Assembly (NCBI GenBank): GCA_963976765.1
Contig: CAXBME010000005.1
Span: forward strand, 1 to 64,000
Source of the DNA: an uncultured Planctomycetaceae bacterium
GTDB taxonomy: Bacteria > Planctomycetota > Planctomycetia > Planctomycetales > Planctomycetaceae
Length of the DNA: 64,000 bases
Reading direction: 5' to 3'
Shown here: positions 48,284 to 58,343 of the stretch, in pieces
Layout of the letters: every line of letters starts with the position of its first letter
How positions within the stretch are numbered: the first letter of the stretch is position 1
Translations under genes and position numbers: made by a program
Notes under the pieces: model-generated
Told to the model about the DNA's origin: nothing
Databases searched by the model: none
Seen by the model: the letters and a program-made list of their open reading frames with translations, nothing else

Positions 48284-49594
48284 TCAATCGGCGTGTTGCT
48301 TGAACAGGGCCTCAACTTCATCAACTGTCGTGGAGAACCATTCCCGCCCCGGAGAATTGAGTTTTCGTCCTGAATCTCTGATGTGCTTTTGAATCTTCCC
48401 TTCGACTTTCCGGCCCTCGCTGCACCTGCCGATGAACTGAAGCCGCGCGTCATCTGCGATTGCTGCCGGGAACTGGCCGACAATTCGCTGTAAAGCACCG
48501 TCTACGCCACTGGTGTACCCGATTTTCATCGGATAGTTGGAATGTCCGGATTCAGCGGCTCGTTCGACGCAACTGCGGAAGGTGTAGGCATAAACTTCGT
48601 CCAGCCCGCGACCGATGATCCGAGTCTCAGCGGGGATGTAAAACGGGAAGTCTCGGGTCCATGTGCCGGCTACCGACGTATCCGCATCGAACGGTGTCCC
48701 ACGAAAGTGATCAATCATTTTTTGAGAGAGCGCGGCTGCGGCGTCTTCTCTGATGAAATCGATCCAGTAGACGTTGACGTTGAGCTGCACATCCGAGTCA
48801 AACGTGACCGCCACCTGAAGACTGCTTCCGCCTTTCTTGATCGAGAATCCCCGGTCCGGATCGGTCCAGCCGAGCTGCCCTTTGAACAGCGAATCATCAA
48901 CGCGACGAAGGTCTTCTGTCAGTACCACTCGTTCGCGGCTCTCCTGCCGACCTCTACCGTCATTCTTGATCGACTTCTTCAGGTCGTACGCCCAGCGGCC
49001 AGTGCGCAGAGGACTGAGTTCATCCTCACCGGGGTAGTATCCCGCAAACTGCGGCTCAGGAATATCGGCCAGCGAAATCGAGACGCTGCTGCCACCAGAT
49101 CGTGACATGACTTGAAACGGAGGCAGCGGCATCAAACATACCTCGCCGACTGCATCGAGAAGTTCCGTGACGTCGGCTCTTAGCCACCGCTCAGCTTCAA
49201 TCAGCCCACTGTCCAGTCGATCGAACTTTTCCAGTCTCTGCCACAATCGACTCCAGAATTCAGGGCCGTTGTCTGTAGCGACGATCGCCAGCAACTTCAC
49301 CGGTTCAACCAGCCCGGTGGTGTCATTGCTGAATCGAGTTCGCAAGTGCCCGATTGCCGGCGATTCTTCGGGCACGTAGTCCGGAAAATGGATTCCGAAC
49401 TGAATTCCGACTGGGCACTCGAACTCAGGTCGCCGTTGAGCACAACGCAGATATCGACCAAATGAGTAGACGGCGAATTCGTGCCTGCCTTCGCCAAGAA
49501 ACACGCAATCCGACACGTCGACAAGCGACGCATCGCTGTCTCCGACCCGATACGTTGGCCAGCGTGTCCTGATAATTTCCCAATTCGAGTTCAT
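48284..49594 (-). CDS. Protein with C-terminal GIY-YIG (T5orf172-like) domain
   Basis: VYAY...MKIGYT...QRI...EGKIQ...GREWF. Confidence 0.75.
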   Translation of the reverse strand: MNSNWEIIRTRWPTYRVGDSDASLVDVSDCVFLGEGRHEFAVYSFGRYLRCAQRRPEFECPVGIQFGIHFPDYVPEESPAIGHLRTRFSNDTTGLVEPVKLLAIVATDNGPEFWSRLWQRLEKFDRLDSGLIEAERWLRADVTELLDAVGEVCLMPLPPFQVMSRSGGSSVSISLADIPEPQFAGYYPGEDELSPLRTGRWAYDLKKSIKNDGRGRQESRERVVLTEDLRRVDDSLFKGQLGWTDPDRGFSIKKGGSSLQVAVTFDSDVQLNVNVYWIDFIREDAAAALSQKMIDHFRGTPFDADTSVAGTWTRDFPFYIPAETRIIGRGLDEVYAYTFRSCVERAAESGHSNYPMKIGYTSGVDGALQRIVGQFPAAIADDARLQFIGRCSEGRKVEGKIQKHIRDSGRKLNSPGREWFSTTVDEVEALFKQHAD

Positions 49595-49789
49595 TCAACT
49601 AACCAGTGAATCCTGAAGCGATGCCAACCTGATCGGAGACCGTTGATGAAGTGGTAAGCTTGGCAGACATCCTGGTCACCGACCGACACAAACGTTGTTT
49701 GTTCAGAGTATCATCTTGATCTAACCGACGAATCTGCCACCTCGGCAGCCGCGTGGCCGGCTGCATTGCAATTTGCAAGATGCTAGGCC

Positions 49790-50701
49790 TCACAAATTTG
49801 CCAAAGAAATTGCCAGGTTGATATTGTTGCAGACTGTGTAGAGCATGTGGTCGGCCAGTTCTTTTGTTGCCGGGTATTCTGCAACTGGCCCCTTTCCGTG
49901 TGCATCACCCACCTTGTTGCGGATCGTGGCCACGCCTTCCAGGATTGGCTTGTAGAACGGATGAAACAGGCCATGCTGACGACAAACTTCAAGCAGTTTT
50001 GAGCACGTATCTCGTTCTTTGTCATACGGCCAGCCTTTCTCTGTGCATATGATCTTCAACACACTTTCAAAGGCCGATCCTGCGTCGGTCACTGCATCTC
50101 CGAACTTGCCCTGCCGGTATTCATCGAACGCTCCCAGCAGTTCTGCACTTGGCGTCGAAAACCGTTGATCGCTCAGGACTTCAAGGCACGGCTTCACAGC
50201 TTTCGCGTGTAGTGTTTTTTCGTCCTTCCTCACAACTTTGGGCAGGTGTGGGCGGATAGTCTTACCCTTTGGGTTGAAGTGCCCGAACAGCGTCGCTCCT
50301 TCGGTTTGAGTCTCGGTATATGGCGTTAACTCGTATCCGATGTTTTCCTCTTCAAGAACCTTGTTGATGGCTTCGACCGTTGGTTGTCCTCCAAGATGCC
50401 ACTGTGTCTCGAAGCACATCTGCAGGAAGTCGATCAATTCTTCATCCTTGCATCGAAAGAAATGTTCAACGACAGGATTATCACTGATTCTTGCAGCCTC
50501 ATAGGATGATTGGTGAAACCCTCCCAGTCTCTGAAGAATCTTGTCGTGCATTTCGTCGAGGACATCCCCAATGCCATGATTCTGGCCTCGGGATTCCAAA
50601 CACCCTCGAATTGTGTGGAACAATCGATTCCGGACGGGTTCTGGGATTTGGTATCGGTAGGTGTCAGCCTCTGGACTATGCCGACGTGAAAACAAAGTCA
50701 T
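49790..50701 (-). CDS. AbiJ-like protein (N-terminal domain plus Abi-C/HEPN)
   Basis: MTLFSRR..YQIPEPVRNRL; DAGSAFESVLKII; IRNKVGDAHG (HEPN RxxxxxxH). Confidence 0.8.
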   Translation of the reverse strand: MTLFSRRHSPEADTYRYQIPEPVRNRLFHTIRGCLESRGQNHGIGDVLDEMHDKILQRLGGFHQSSYEAARISDNPVVEHFFRCKDEELIDFLQMCFETQWHLGGQPTVEAINKVLEEENIGYELTPYTETQTEGATLFGHFNPKGKTIRPHLPKVVRKDEKTLHAKAVKPCLEVLSDQRFSTPSAELLGAFDEYRQGKFGDAVTDAGSAFESVLKIICTEKGWPYDKERDTCSKLLEVCRQHGLFHPFYKPILEGVATIRNKVGDAHGKGPVAEYPATKELADHMLYTVCNNINLAISLANL

Positions 50702-50790
50702 GTGTGCCATCTCCATCAAGATATTCTTGCCAGGACTTAGTCGCGCACAATTGTCAGTTAGCAAAGTAAGAAAATGATGCTACTCGTAAT

Positions 50791-52599
50791 TCAAAGGCCG
50801 ATTTCATCGTCTGCATTGCGAGAGTCCTTGCCTCTAACGTGTCCTATCACGACCAGACGCAAGATCAGCCACCAGGTGTAAACTGCCGTTGGGCTATGGA
50901 AGGCCTCAGCTTCCAGTAACCCATGCGCGAGAAGATTTCGAACATTGCAGGACTCCTGAATGACAAGCAGGCCGCGAAGGTCGAATATCGTGTCCGGGCC
51001 GAACACTGCATCTAACTCAGCTTCAAAACTGTTGAACAGCCGACCGAGCAAATGCTCTTGTTGAATGCCGTTAGAACGAAGACTTGAGACAATTACTTCT
51101 TGTGACTCCAACACGTGCCGAATCGCATGTTCGAGTTGAGGAACCAACAGGTGCAGCGCGAGCAGGAAGTCCCCGTGCATTCCCGCGCAAAGTCCGCGGG
51201 CGAATAAATACTCGCGTCCATGTGGGATCAACGGATTGAATTGCACAACGTCCAGAAACGAGTGGATTCTAACTGCGTGTTCTCGAATGATCGTCCGTCG
51301 CATCGGATCGATGCGCCCGATAACAGCGATATCCCTGTGTCGACGCGCCAGCGAATGCATCTCCCGAAGTACAACGGAATCATCTGGCGCGTCGGAATTC
51401 GGAGAGACACCGGAGTGTTGGGCGATGGTTTTTCCCGTACTGCTTACAATTGTCGACGGCCAGAGGAACGAAAGGGGGAAATCGCGAATAAGTTCAGTCG
51501 AGGTCTTTCGAAGTTCGCCTCGATCAGGGCTGCGGCCGGAAAGTGCCAGAATCCTTAGTGATTGTGCGAACGACTTGCCGGTAACTTCGTCACTGGCTAT
51601 CTGCAAGTGCTCGCTGATTTCTGTTCCACCAGCTTTGTTGGAGAACATTTCCCGCGACATCTGCTTCTGGTGTTGAAGCAACTGCTGGTGGAGTTCGTCA
51701 CGACGGTTCTCGGTTCCAGCTATCTGCCGATACGCCTGAACGGCCCTTTCCAGAAATTGAGCCGCCACAGCGTGTCCTCCATACGGACGTTCCAGGACCT
51801 CACTAGCTTGCGAAACGAATGATTCAGCATGACTGATCGCGGCGGAGCGTGATTCATCCTTCAGACGCGATCGCCGAAAGCACTTGGCAGCAAGTCCATA
51901 GAAACGTTCCCGCCATATCAGAGTTGATTCCGGACGCTCGGACATCTCGATGGCGCGATCCGCGATCGCTCGTTCCAGGTCGCGAGAGTACGTATGCAGG
52001 AGTTGTATCGCTGTTGCAACAGCGTGCGCTTCGGTGTCCTGCTGAAGGGCCAGCGTGCGAAGGGCATCTTCTGCAGAATCCTGAAGTGAGGCCTGATTCA
52101 GGCTTCTTGCGATCTGGAGCCCGCGTTCAAACCGTTCTGCCCAGTTCAACGAGTGGTCTGATGTGAGGATGACCCTACCGGCTTCTATGTATGCCAGAAC
52201 GGCTTGGTTTGCCAGATGCTGATTTCGACGACGAATCCAACAGATGTCGCACAGCCGGGCGCGCAAATCAGGATCGTTTGGGACCGAAGCATTCTGCTCA
52301 ACAATATCAAGCAGACGTTGTGGCAAGTCGTCAACGACGGCCGTTCTGGATTCTGAAGTGACCATCCCAGGCTGAAACGGGTCTTCCGGGTCATCTGGAT
52401 CGAGTCGCAACGTCGCGACAATCGAAAGAAGCCGAAAGGCGTTTGAGGCATCAGAGTCGATGTCTGACAATTCAGATGATCGTTGGCCGAACGGAATGAC
52501 GTAATCAGAGCAGTCACGAGAGTCCTGTGCGTCGTGGACTCCATCTTGGATTGCTGCCTTGAGCGCGTTCTTGGAAATGCTCAAATCTGTAAGGTCCAC
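50791..52599 (-). CDS. DUF4209-type HEPN domain protein
   Basis: LRARLCDICW; HLLVPQLEHAIR; NVRNLLAHG (RxxxxH). Confidence 0.8.
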   Translation of the reverse strand: MDLTDLSISKNALKAAIQDGVHDAQDSRDCSDYVIPFGQRSSELSDIDSDASNAFRLLSIVATLRLDPDDPEDPFQPGMVTSESRTAVVDDLPQRLLDIVEQNASVPNDPDLRARLCDICWIRRRNQHLANQAVLAYIEAGRVILTSDHSLNWAERFERGLQIARSLNQASLQDSAEDALRTLALQQDTEAHAVATAIQLLHTYSRDLERAIADRAIEMSERPESTLIWRERFYGLAAKCFRRSRLKDESRSAAISHAESFVSQASEVLERPYGGHAVAAQFLERAVQAYRQIAGTENRRDELHQQLLQHQKQMSREMFSNKAGGTEISEHLQIASDEVTGKSFAQSLRILALSGRSPDRGELRKTSTELIRDFPLSFLWPSTIVSSTGKTIAQHSGVSPNSDAPDDSVVLREMHSLARRHRDIAVIGRIDPMRRTIIREHAVRIHSFLDVVQFNPLIPHGREYLFARGLCAGMHGDFLLALHLLVPQLEHAIRHVLESQEVIVSSLRSNGIQQEHLLGRLFNSFEAELDAVFGPDTIFDLRGLLVIQESCNVRNLLAHGLLEAEAFHSPTAVYTWWLILRLVVIGHVRGKDSRNADDEIGL

Positions 52600-52800
52600 G
52601 GCAAATTATCTCTTGCTGCCAAAGTAACACTGGTGTTTTCGTATAGAGCAACATCATTGCAACCAGGTTCGGAATTGTCAGCTCCCGGTCAACACTAGTC
52701 CTGATAGCTAAAAAGAAGGCATGATGCTTTGGTTTTCCGTTCTGAAGAGAATGACGCCCGCCACGGCAAAAGTGCGTGGCGAGCGTTTGCAGCTCCGGCT

Positions 52801-52980
52801 TCATCGATGCCGGTTCTGTTGTTTCAGGCGGATTTCGCCGCTGAGGGCTGATGTTGCTGTCAGGATGGCGGCGGTGAGGATGAAGACGTTCCAGGATTGG
52901 CCGATCGCGCCGAGGAGGCCGGCGATGATCAGGGAACCGTGGATGTAGGCGGCGTTCAGCTTATGACGTGCTGATGGCAA
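52801..52980 (-). CDS. Small 2-TM protein MPSARHKLNAAYIHGSLIIAGLLGAIGQSWNVFIL...
   Basis: TTG start with GGAG RBS, 59 aa. Last gene of the backbone operon; absent from the ORF track. Confidence 0.65.
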   Translation of the reverse strand: MPSARHKLNAAYIHGSLIIAGLLGAIGQSWNVFILTAAILTATSALSGEIRLKQQNRHR

Positions 52981-53019
52981 GTCGTGTCTCCGTTGAGGGG
53001 TTGGATGAGAGTGCGACAG

Positions 53020-53853
53020 TCAGTTGCCGGTCCAGGCGTTGCACTCGGATCGGAACGGGCAGGTTGGACAGTTCATGGGGCTGGGGGCCGGGTAGAAGTG
53101 GCCGGCCTCGATGGCTCGCCAGGTGTGCTCGACGGCTTTGGTGATGCGATGAACCCGGTGCTGACTGACGGCGACGTCGAATGATTCGACGTTTGGCGTC
53201 TTTGTTTTGGTCAGCACGAGGAAACGCAGCTTTACTTTCCAACCGGGAAGCAGACGCCGGGCGAGTTCGCTGTAGAGCAGCAGTTGTGACGACGAGTTTT
53301 CGGCCTGCCCCTGAGACCAGCGACTGCGGGCTGTTTTGAAGTCGGTAATGACCAGCGCGTCGCTGGTAGTCGTAAGCAGGTCTATGCGGGCGAGCAGGTC
53401 TGGCACGCCGGGGATCAGTTCGCCGCGCAACTCTTCTTCGATGCCAATGACGGTATCGTTGGTTGTGAAGTCAGGGCTTTCGCGGTAGGCGGTGAGCATC
53501 CGATCGGCAAGGGCACTGAGTGAGTTGTGGTCCTCGCTCTTGCCGAAGCGAATGTCTTCGTAGTCGACAACTCGCCCACGCCAGGCTTCCTGAAATACAT
53601 CCAGTAGTTGGTCCTGCGATGGTGGCTCGTTTCCACACAGCCGCTCGGTGAAGTGAAACTCCAGTGCTGAGTGGATCGCGCCGCCAAAGATCAGATTCGA
53701 CGAAACAAATCGCTCGGGGATGCCATCGACGTACTTGAACCGATAGCGCAGTGGACACTGCTGGTAAGTCGTGATGGCCGAATGCGAGATGTAGTCACGT
53801 TCCTTGCCGACGACACTGAGCGGTGAGCCTCTTTGATCGACGCTCGCGATCAT
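53020..53853 (-). CDS. PD-(D/E)XK nuclease, RecB/Cas4-like with Fe-S cysteines
   Basis: ISHSAITTYQQCPLRY, RIDLL, ITDFKT, QLLLY, CPTCPFRSEC. Confidence 0.9.
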   Translation of the reverse strand: MIASVDQRGSPLSVVGKERDYISHSAITTYQQCPLRYRFKYVDGIPERFVSSNLIFGGAIHSALEFHFTERLCGNEPPSQDQLLDVFQEAWRGRVVDYEDIRFGKSEDHNSLSALADRMLTAYRESPDFTTNDTVIGIEEELRGELIPGVPDLLARIDLLTTTSDALVITDFKTARSRWSQGQAENSSSQLLLYSELARRLLPGWKVKLRFLVLTKTKTPNVESFDVAVSQHRVHRITKAVEHTWRAIEAGHFYPAPSPMNCPTCPFRSECNAWTGN

Positions 53854-54362
53854 CGTGACGCTCCGGCCTGTGCCGACTTCAGTTCATCGATCAGCGTGCT
53901 GGCGTCGGAAATCGACAGATCGTCGGGACGCTGCACGTTGAATCGATCCTTCACCAACCTCCCCACATCAATGCGGTTGCGGCTTGCGATGGCGTGGATG
54001 GCTTTGACCTGGGAACTGGTTGCCTGCCGTGGACCGCCTCCGTCGGTTGAGCGACCGTTGCCGTTGCTCGAACCGTTTCCGTTCATGCGGTACTGGTCAA
54101 GGCCCCGACCGTTGTTCTGGTCATGGTTGCGATTGTTTCCTTGACCGTTACTCACAGCAGGCTGCTGGCCGGCTCCGTTTAATTCTTCGTCGACGGATGC
54201 CTTGGCCAGTTGATAGAGCTGCCGGATGCGGTCACGGAGACGCTCCGGCTGCTCGACCAGTGAATTATCGAGTTCGAGTTCCAGGTTCACGCTGGCTCCG
54301 CGTGATCCGTAGTTGGGTTCGCCGACTTTCCGGCTGAGGCCCACGTTCAGTTTCATCGGCAT
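53850..54362 (-). CDS. Conserved hypothetical protein
   Basis: KLNVGLSRKVGEPNYGSRGAS; N/G-rich linker; ATSSQVKAI..ASTLIDELK. Confidence 0.8.
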   Translation of the reverse strand: MPMKLNVGLSRKVGEPNYGSRGASVNLELELDNSLVEQPERLRDRIRQLYQLAKASVDEELNGAGQQPAVSNGQGNNRNHDQNNGRGLDQYRMNGNGSSNGNGRSTDGGGPRQATSSQVKAIHAIASRNRIDVGRLVKDRFNVQRPDDLSISDASTLIDELKSAQAGASR

Positions 54363-54413
54363 GAAGTCCCTCCTGTTGAGGTTGAAGTTTGGGGCAGTGG
54401 TCGTCGTAGGCTG

Positions 54414-55817
54414 TCAGACTTCGATCGTTTCGAGTTGTCGTAGCGACTTCAGCGCTGACTGAACCGAACGCGATGCCTTCTGCTGTTGTTTGAGCGTCGT
54501 GATCAGGTTCCGAGTATCGGCCAGAGCCGTCTGGAGCGACTGTCGCAACGACTCGGCGCGATCGATGAGCGATGGAGAGTTGTCGGGCTGTGTGTCCGGT
54601 GCCGGCGTAGTGCTTCGCGTTTGCTTTGCGGGTTTCATGGGTGTTGGTTTCCTTGTTGAGTTTGGGATTGCGGTCGTTGAGGTTTCGGTAGTTTGGGCAG
54701 CCGTCGCAGCCGACTCGATACGGATCGCCTGTTTCGATGGTTTGACGGCCCCCTCTTCGCCGAGCAGCATCCAGACGTATTTTCGCTCGCCCCGAATGCA
54801 CAGAACGGGACTGTCCGGACCGAATACGTGCAGCGCGTCGAAACCAAGCTGCATTGCCCGAGCGAGCAGTTTGCGGTTGGTACAGAAGCGGACGGGATCG
54901 CCCGTGCGGCTGGACTGTGTCAGCACCAGTTCTGTGGGAATCTTTGCTCCAGCGGTAACAGCACGGACCGCGATGCTGCCGTTGAGATCGACGGTAACCG
55001 GCGAGTGCTGTTCATCGTTGGCAGGAAGTTGCTTGACGACTCGGGCCAGAAAGTCGCCATCGCTTTGGGGAATGCTGACTGTGCCGATAGCGGCGTCGAT
55101 GTTCGGGATGGCGTGGTCGATCTCAGGGAAACGCCGTTCCTTTTCGATCGACATCCACGCTGTCCATGCCCCGACTCTGACAGAAACGACGTCGTCAGCT
55201 CGTCCGATTCCAAAGGTATCATCCGTCCGGAATTCGCGGTGAGTGAACAGCTTGCCGCCGGGGATCAGCACGTTGTCGTCCCACGGAAATTGAAAACCGC
55301 CCTCTATCAGAAGTTGATGACTGTCCGTGGCGGCAACCTCACCCGTCTCGCCACGAAGCTGAATGCAGCCCAGCGCGAAGCGGTGCTGATTGTGATCGCA
55401 AGTTCGAGCTGCTTCCGACAAGGCGACGAGCTGCTCCGGTGGATTGTCGGTGAAGTCGACTTCCGGAAGTGTGATCGCGTCTGGAGCATTCTCAACGTGA
55501 AAGGTTCTTGTTTGCGGCACACTGTCGACGACCCATTGGATATCGACACCGCCAGGTTTGGGATCGATCAGAACGGCATCGTTCCGGTTTCCCTCGACTT
55601 GCTTGAGGAATTCGAAGGGCAGCCAGAATTCGTGTTCAGGGTACGAGCCGTCGAGGCGGTATCGAATCCCCAGCCCGAACATGGCCGCCGAGATAACCAG
55701 ACCGTCTGGTCCGGTCTTCACATGCAGCGGCGTCCCGTTCGACTGGGCCGACAGACCCAACGCAGCACGAAACACGCTGCGTAGGGTCTTGACAAGTTTT
55801 CGCGTGATGGGAATCAA
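54414..55817 (-). CDS. Beta-sliding-clamp (DnaN)-like protein with C-terminal coiled coil
   Basis: ALGCIQL...AATDSHQL, RFPEIDHAIP, SPVLC..YVWML, matching the beta-clamp pattern. Confidence 0.6.
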   Translation of the reverse strand: MIPITRKLVKTLRSVFRAALGLSAQSNGTPLHVKTGPDGLVISAAMFGLGIRYRLDGSYPEHEFWLPFEFLKQVEGNRNDAVLIDPKPGGVDIQWVVDSVPQTRTFHVENAPDAITLPEVDFTDNPPEQLVALSEAARTCDHNQHRFALGCIQLRGETGEVAATDSHQLLIEGGFQFPWDDNVLIPGGKLFTHREFRTDDTFGIGRADDVVSVRVGAWTAWMSIEKERRFPEIDHAIPNIDAAIGTVSIPQSDGDFLARVVKQLPANDEQHSPVTVDLNGSIAVRAVTAGAKIPTELVLTQSSRTGDPVRFCTNRKLLARAMQLGFDALHVFGPDSPVLCIRGERKYVWMLLGEEGAVKPSKQAIRIESAATAAQTTETSTTAIPNSTRKPTPMKPAKQTRSTTPAPDTQPDNSPSLIDRAESLRQSLQTALADTRNLITTLKQQQKASRSVQSALKSLRQLETIEV

Positions 55818-55865
55818 GCAGCTCTCCTTGTGTTGGGAAAAGGCCGGTGACAGGTACGCCAGTCA

Positions 55866-56063
55866 TCACCGGGGCACACGGGGGAGATTGCGTGACGGCA
55901 ATACCGCCACGCTGCGGGACTGATCGAGCCAGTCCCAGTCGATCGGTTCGAGGCCGCAGTCGTATGGGTCATCAGGCAACGAGCTGAAGCCACGGGAAGA
56001 GATTTCGCTGACGGTTTCGCCGGTGGCGCAGGCGACAGCGCGGTTGAGTTCGTTCTGGGTCAT
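55866..56063 (-). CDS. Small hypothetical protein
   Basis: MTQNELNRAVACATGETVSEISSRGFS; GGAG RBS. Confidence 0.7.
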   Translation of the reverse strand: MTQNELNRAVACATGETVSEISSRGFSSLPDDPYDCGLEPIDWDWLDQSRSVAVLPSRNLPRVPR

Positions 56064-56189
56064 CGCATTCTCCGAGTAGATATCTGGAAAAGAGACGACC
56101 GCCCCGAGCACCGAGGCGGTCGTGGTAAAGGCACAACCGCCCACGAAGGGCGCAAGCAGTTCGGCGTGGATATCGCCGACGAAGTCAGA

Positions 56190-56438
56190 TCACGTCGCAG
56201 CAGGTGCAGAGGCAAGGCGGTTTGTGTGGAGCCAATCGGCTTCCGCCTGCAGTGCGTCACTGCGCCGCACAAAAGGGCCAAGCACCGGCCCGTCGATCAT
56301 TGATGCGAACCACTGACCGGAGTCGTCCGGTTCAACGTGGGAGGCTCGTGAGATGGTGAGTGTTCCAAGTGCCCCAAGGTCGATGTCTTCACCATAGAGA
56401 CACCGTGCGGAACCGTCGGAGCCAATAATAAGCTGCAT
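56190..56438 (-). CDS. Small conserved hypothetical protein
   Basis: CLYGEDIDL..RASHVEPD..GPVLGPF..EADWL. Confidence 0.8.
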   Translation of the reverse strand: MQLIIGSDGSARCLYGEDIDLGALGTLTISRASHVEPDDSGQWFASMIDGPVLGPFVRRSDALQAEADWLHTNRLASAPAAT

Positions 56439-56449
56439 GGCGGGCTCCG

Positions 56450-57400
56450 TCAGCGAGGCTTGCGGATGATGTTGCGGCGGGGACGGTCGACCAGCAGGCC
56501 GTCCAGCACCGACTGCACACCAGACAGTTTGGTCGCGACGTTCTGCCGCAGCTCCGAATTGTCCCGCAGACTCTGCGGCCGCACTCCACTGACAACCTGT
56601 TGAGCCTGAACAACCAGTCGATCCAGCTCAACGTTAGTCCCGACGTTGAGCGACCGGAACCGCTCGAAAAAGTCCCGCAGGTTGTCCACCGCCGAATTCC
56701 GGAAGACCTTCTGACGGCCTCCAGCTTCGCCGTTGAGCCGCTCACACAGATGCGAGACCAGTTGAGCGAACTCGTCCGTGAAGGCCGTCTCAGCAAGCCG
56801 GACGGCTTCGTCGAAGCGACTCCGCACCCGTTCGCATTCCTGCTCGTAAAGTTCCGGATTGAGACGCCGCAGGTACTCCGGCGGCTCGACCGATGGGAAA
56901 TCCCAATCCACCGAAAACAACCCCTGCAACGAGGTCGGGTAGTCCGCAGCAGAGTAGAGACTTCCCAGTCGTTGCCGGGCTGCCTGGGTCAATTCGTCGT
57001 AGTGTTCATCGAGCAGGACGACAGCATCTTCCAGTTCCTGTCGCAGCCTCCCCATGTGGCGAGCGAACTCGTCGATGGCATCCTGCTTGATGAGCCGAAT
57101 GCCGGTTTCGGGGTACGGCAGACTGAGTCCCTTCCAGTAGTTCATCGTGCGAGACCGGACCGCTGTGACAGCCCGAAACTTTGGATGCTGCGTGTCAATC
57201 AGCTTCTTACCAGCCGACAGAAATTGGCCTTCCGCTCCGAACGAATCTGCGGCTTGTTCCTTCTGTTCTTTGGTGAGACTTTTGCGGACGCCGAACCAGG
57301 TGAAGCTGAGTCGGGCGGCTGTCATTGTGGTGCGCATCCGATGCGCAGCGTCTGTGCCGATATCCGTTTCGGGCACGTCGAGAAGTGTGGTCATGGGCAA
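56450..57400 (-). CDS. DUF3150-like protein
   Basis: LSAGKKLID, SLPYPETGIRLI, DYP..L..LFSVDWDF; helical C-terminus. Sits in the AAA operon. Confidence 0.7.
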   Translation of the reverse strand: MPMTTLLDVPETDIGTDAAHRMRTTMTAARLSFTWFGVRKSLTKEQKEQAADSFGAEGQFLSAGKKLIDTQHPKFRAVTAVRSRTMNYWKGLSLPYPETGIRLIKQDAIDEFARHMGRLRQELEDAVVLLDEHYDELTQAARQRLGSLYSAADYPTSLQGLFSVDWDFPSVEPPEYLRRLNPELYEQECERVRSRFDEAVRLAETAFTDEFAQLVSHLCERLNGEAGGRQKVFRNSAVDNLRDFFERFRSLNVGTNVELDRLVVQAQQVVSGVRPQSLRDNSELRQNVATKLSGVQSVLDGLLVDRPRRNIIRKPR

Positions 57401-57475
57401 AATACTCCTGTGGCCTGCGAATCAACGCAGGCCGGGTTAGAGATTCAGTAAGCAGTGCAAACGTCATTGCGTGCG

Positions 57476-57889
57476 TCAGTTCGAGACACACTCAACTGGT
57501 GTCGCAGGCTTCGGCAGTTGAGAAGTCGATGGCTCTTCGGCATCCACCACGTCCGGGCACTCGCCCGAACGGAGCATCCACGGAGCCGGAACCAGCTGCG
57601 AAAGCCAGTCCTGAACCGTGGGAATGCGGCCGAGGTCTTCCTTGACGTGCTGCTCGCCAATAAAGCGGGTTGGCACGTCGCGACCGGACGAGTTGCGGAT
57701 TACCGGTCCGAACAAACGCTCGGCCAGAAAGATGCCTTCGGCGTGGTGTCGCAATGCCCGGTGCCGCAGGTCGGGCAGAAACGCTTTGGATTCATCGAAC
57801 CACTGGTGCAGTTCGAGATAGTCATCAGGTTCGCCACCGTAACGGGCGGCACTCGATTGGGCATGATGCCAGGGATTCAAAGTTGCCAC
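57476..57889 (-). CDS. DUF6915-like protein
   Basis: HHAQSSAARYGG..HQWFDESK..RHRALRHHAEG..EQHVKED. Confidence 0.8.
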   Translation of the reverse strand: MATLNPWHHAQSSAARYGGEPDDYLELHQWFDESKAFLPDLRHRALRHHAEGIFLAERLFGPVIRNSSGRDVPTRFIGEQHVKEDLGRIPTVQDWLSQLVPAPWMLRSGECPDVVDAEEPSTSQLPKPATPVECVSN

Positions 57890-58281
57890 TCCTCTTCTGA
57901 GTAATCACAAGATTCAATTCTCCAGTTGTGCTCGCGCACGACGCGACGATCAGCCACGTGCAGAATCAGTTCGCCAAACGCACCGGCGTCGTTCTCCCAG
58001 CCAAGCGGCAGAATCTGCTCAGCGACGGCAGCGAGCTGCTCATTCAGCCCGGCATCGAGTTCGACTTCGCTCTCGTCAGAGTAGGCTTTCACGCTCTCGA
58101 CGCAGCCGGAGTCGCCATAGCCGTCGTACGTGACTACCACGCGATCGGCTCCAAGACTCGCCAGTTGCGTGAAGGCTGCAGCCAGTGTGGCGAGTGCTTT
58201 CTGTCGTCCCTGTTCACGGCGTTTCTCAATGTTGGACAACAGTTCGTCAAATGCGATCCCACCGTCGGTGAGCTTTGTCAT
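57877..58281 (-). CDS. DUF6878-like protein
   Basis: YDGYGDSGCVE, GWENDAGAFG. Confidence 0.75.
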   Translation of the reverse strand: MTKLTDGGIAFDELLSNIEKRREQGRQKALATLAAAFTQLASLGADRVVVTYDGYGDSGCVESVKAYSDESEVELDAGLNEQLAAVAEQILPLGWENDAGAFGELILHVADRRVVREHNWRIESCDYSEEEWQL

Positions 58282-58343
58282 GGGCAGGATGTCTCCTGAT
58301 TAGAGAGTGGGATGGATGTGTTACCGCGCACAACGGTGAGCGG

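Noticed and set aside
53020..53853. Cas4 and a CRISPR system linked to the RT
   Set aside because: No repeat-spacer array or cas1/cas2 seen in the window. The nuclease fits a stand-alone RecB-like family.
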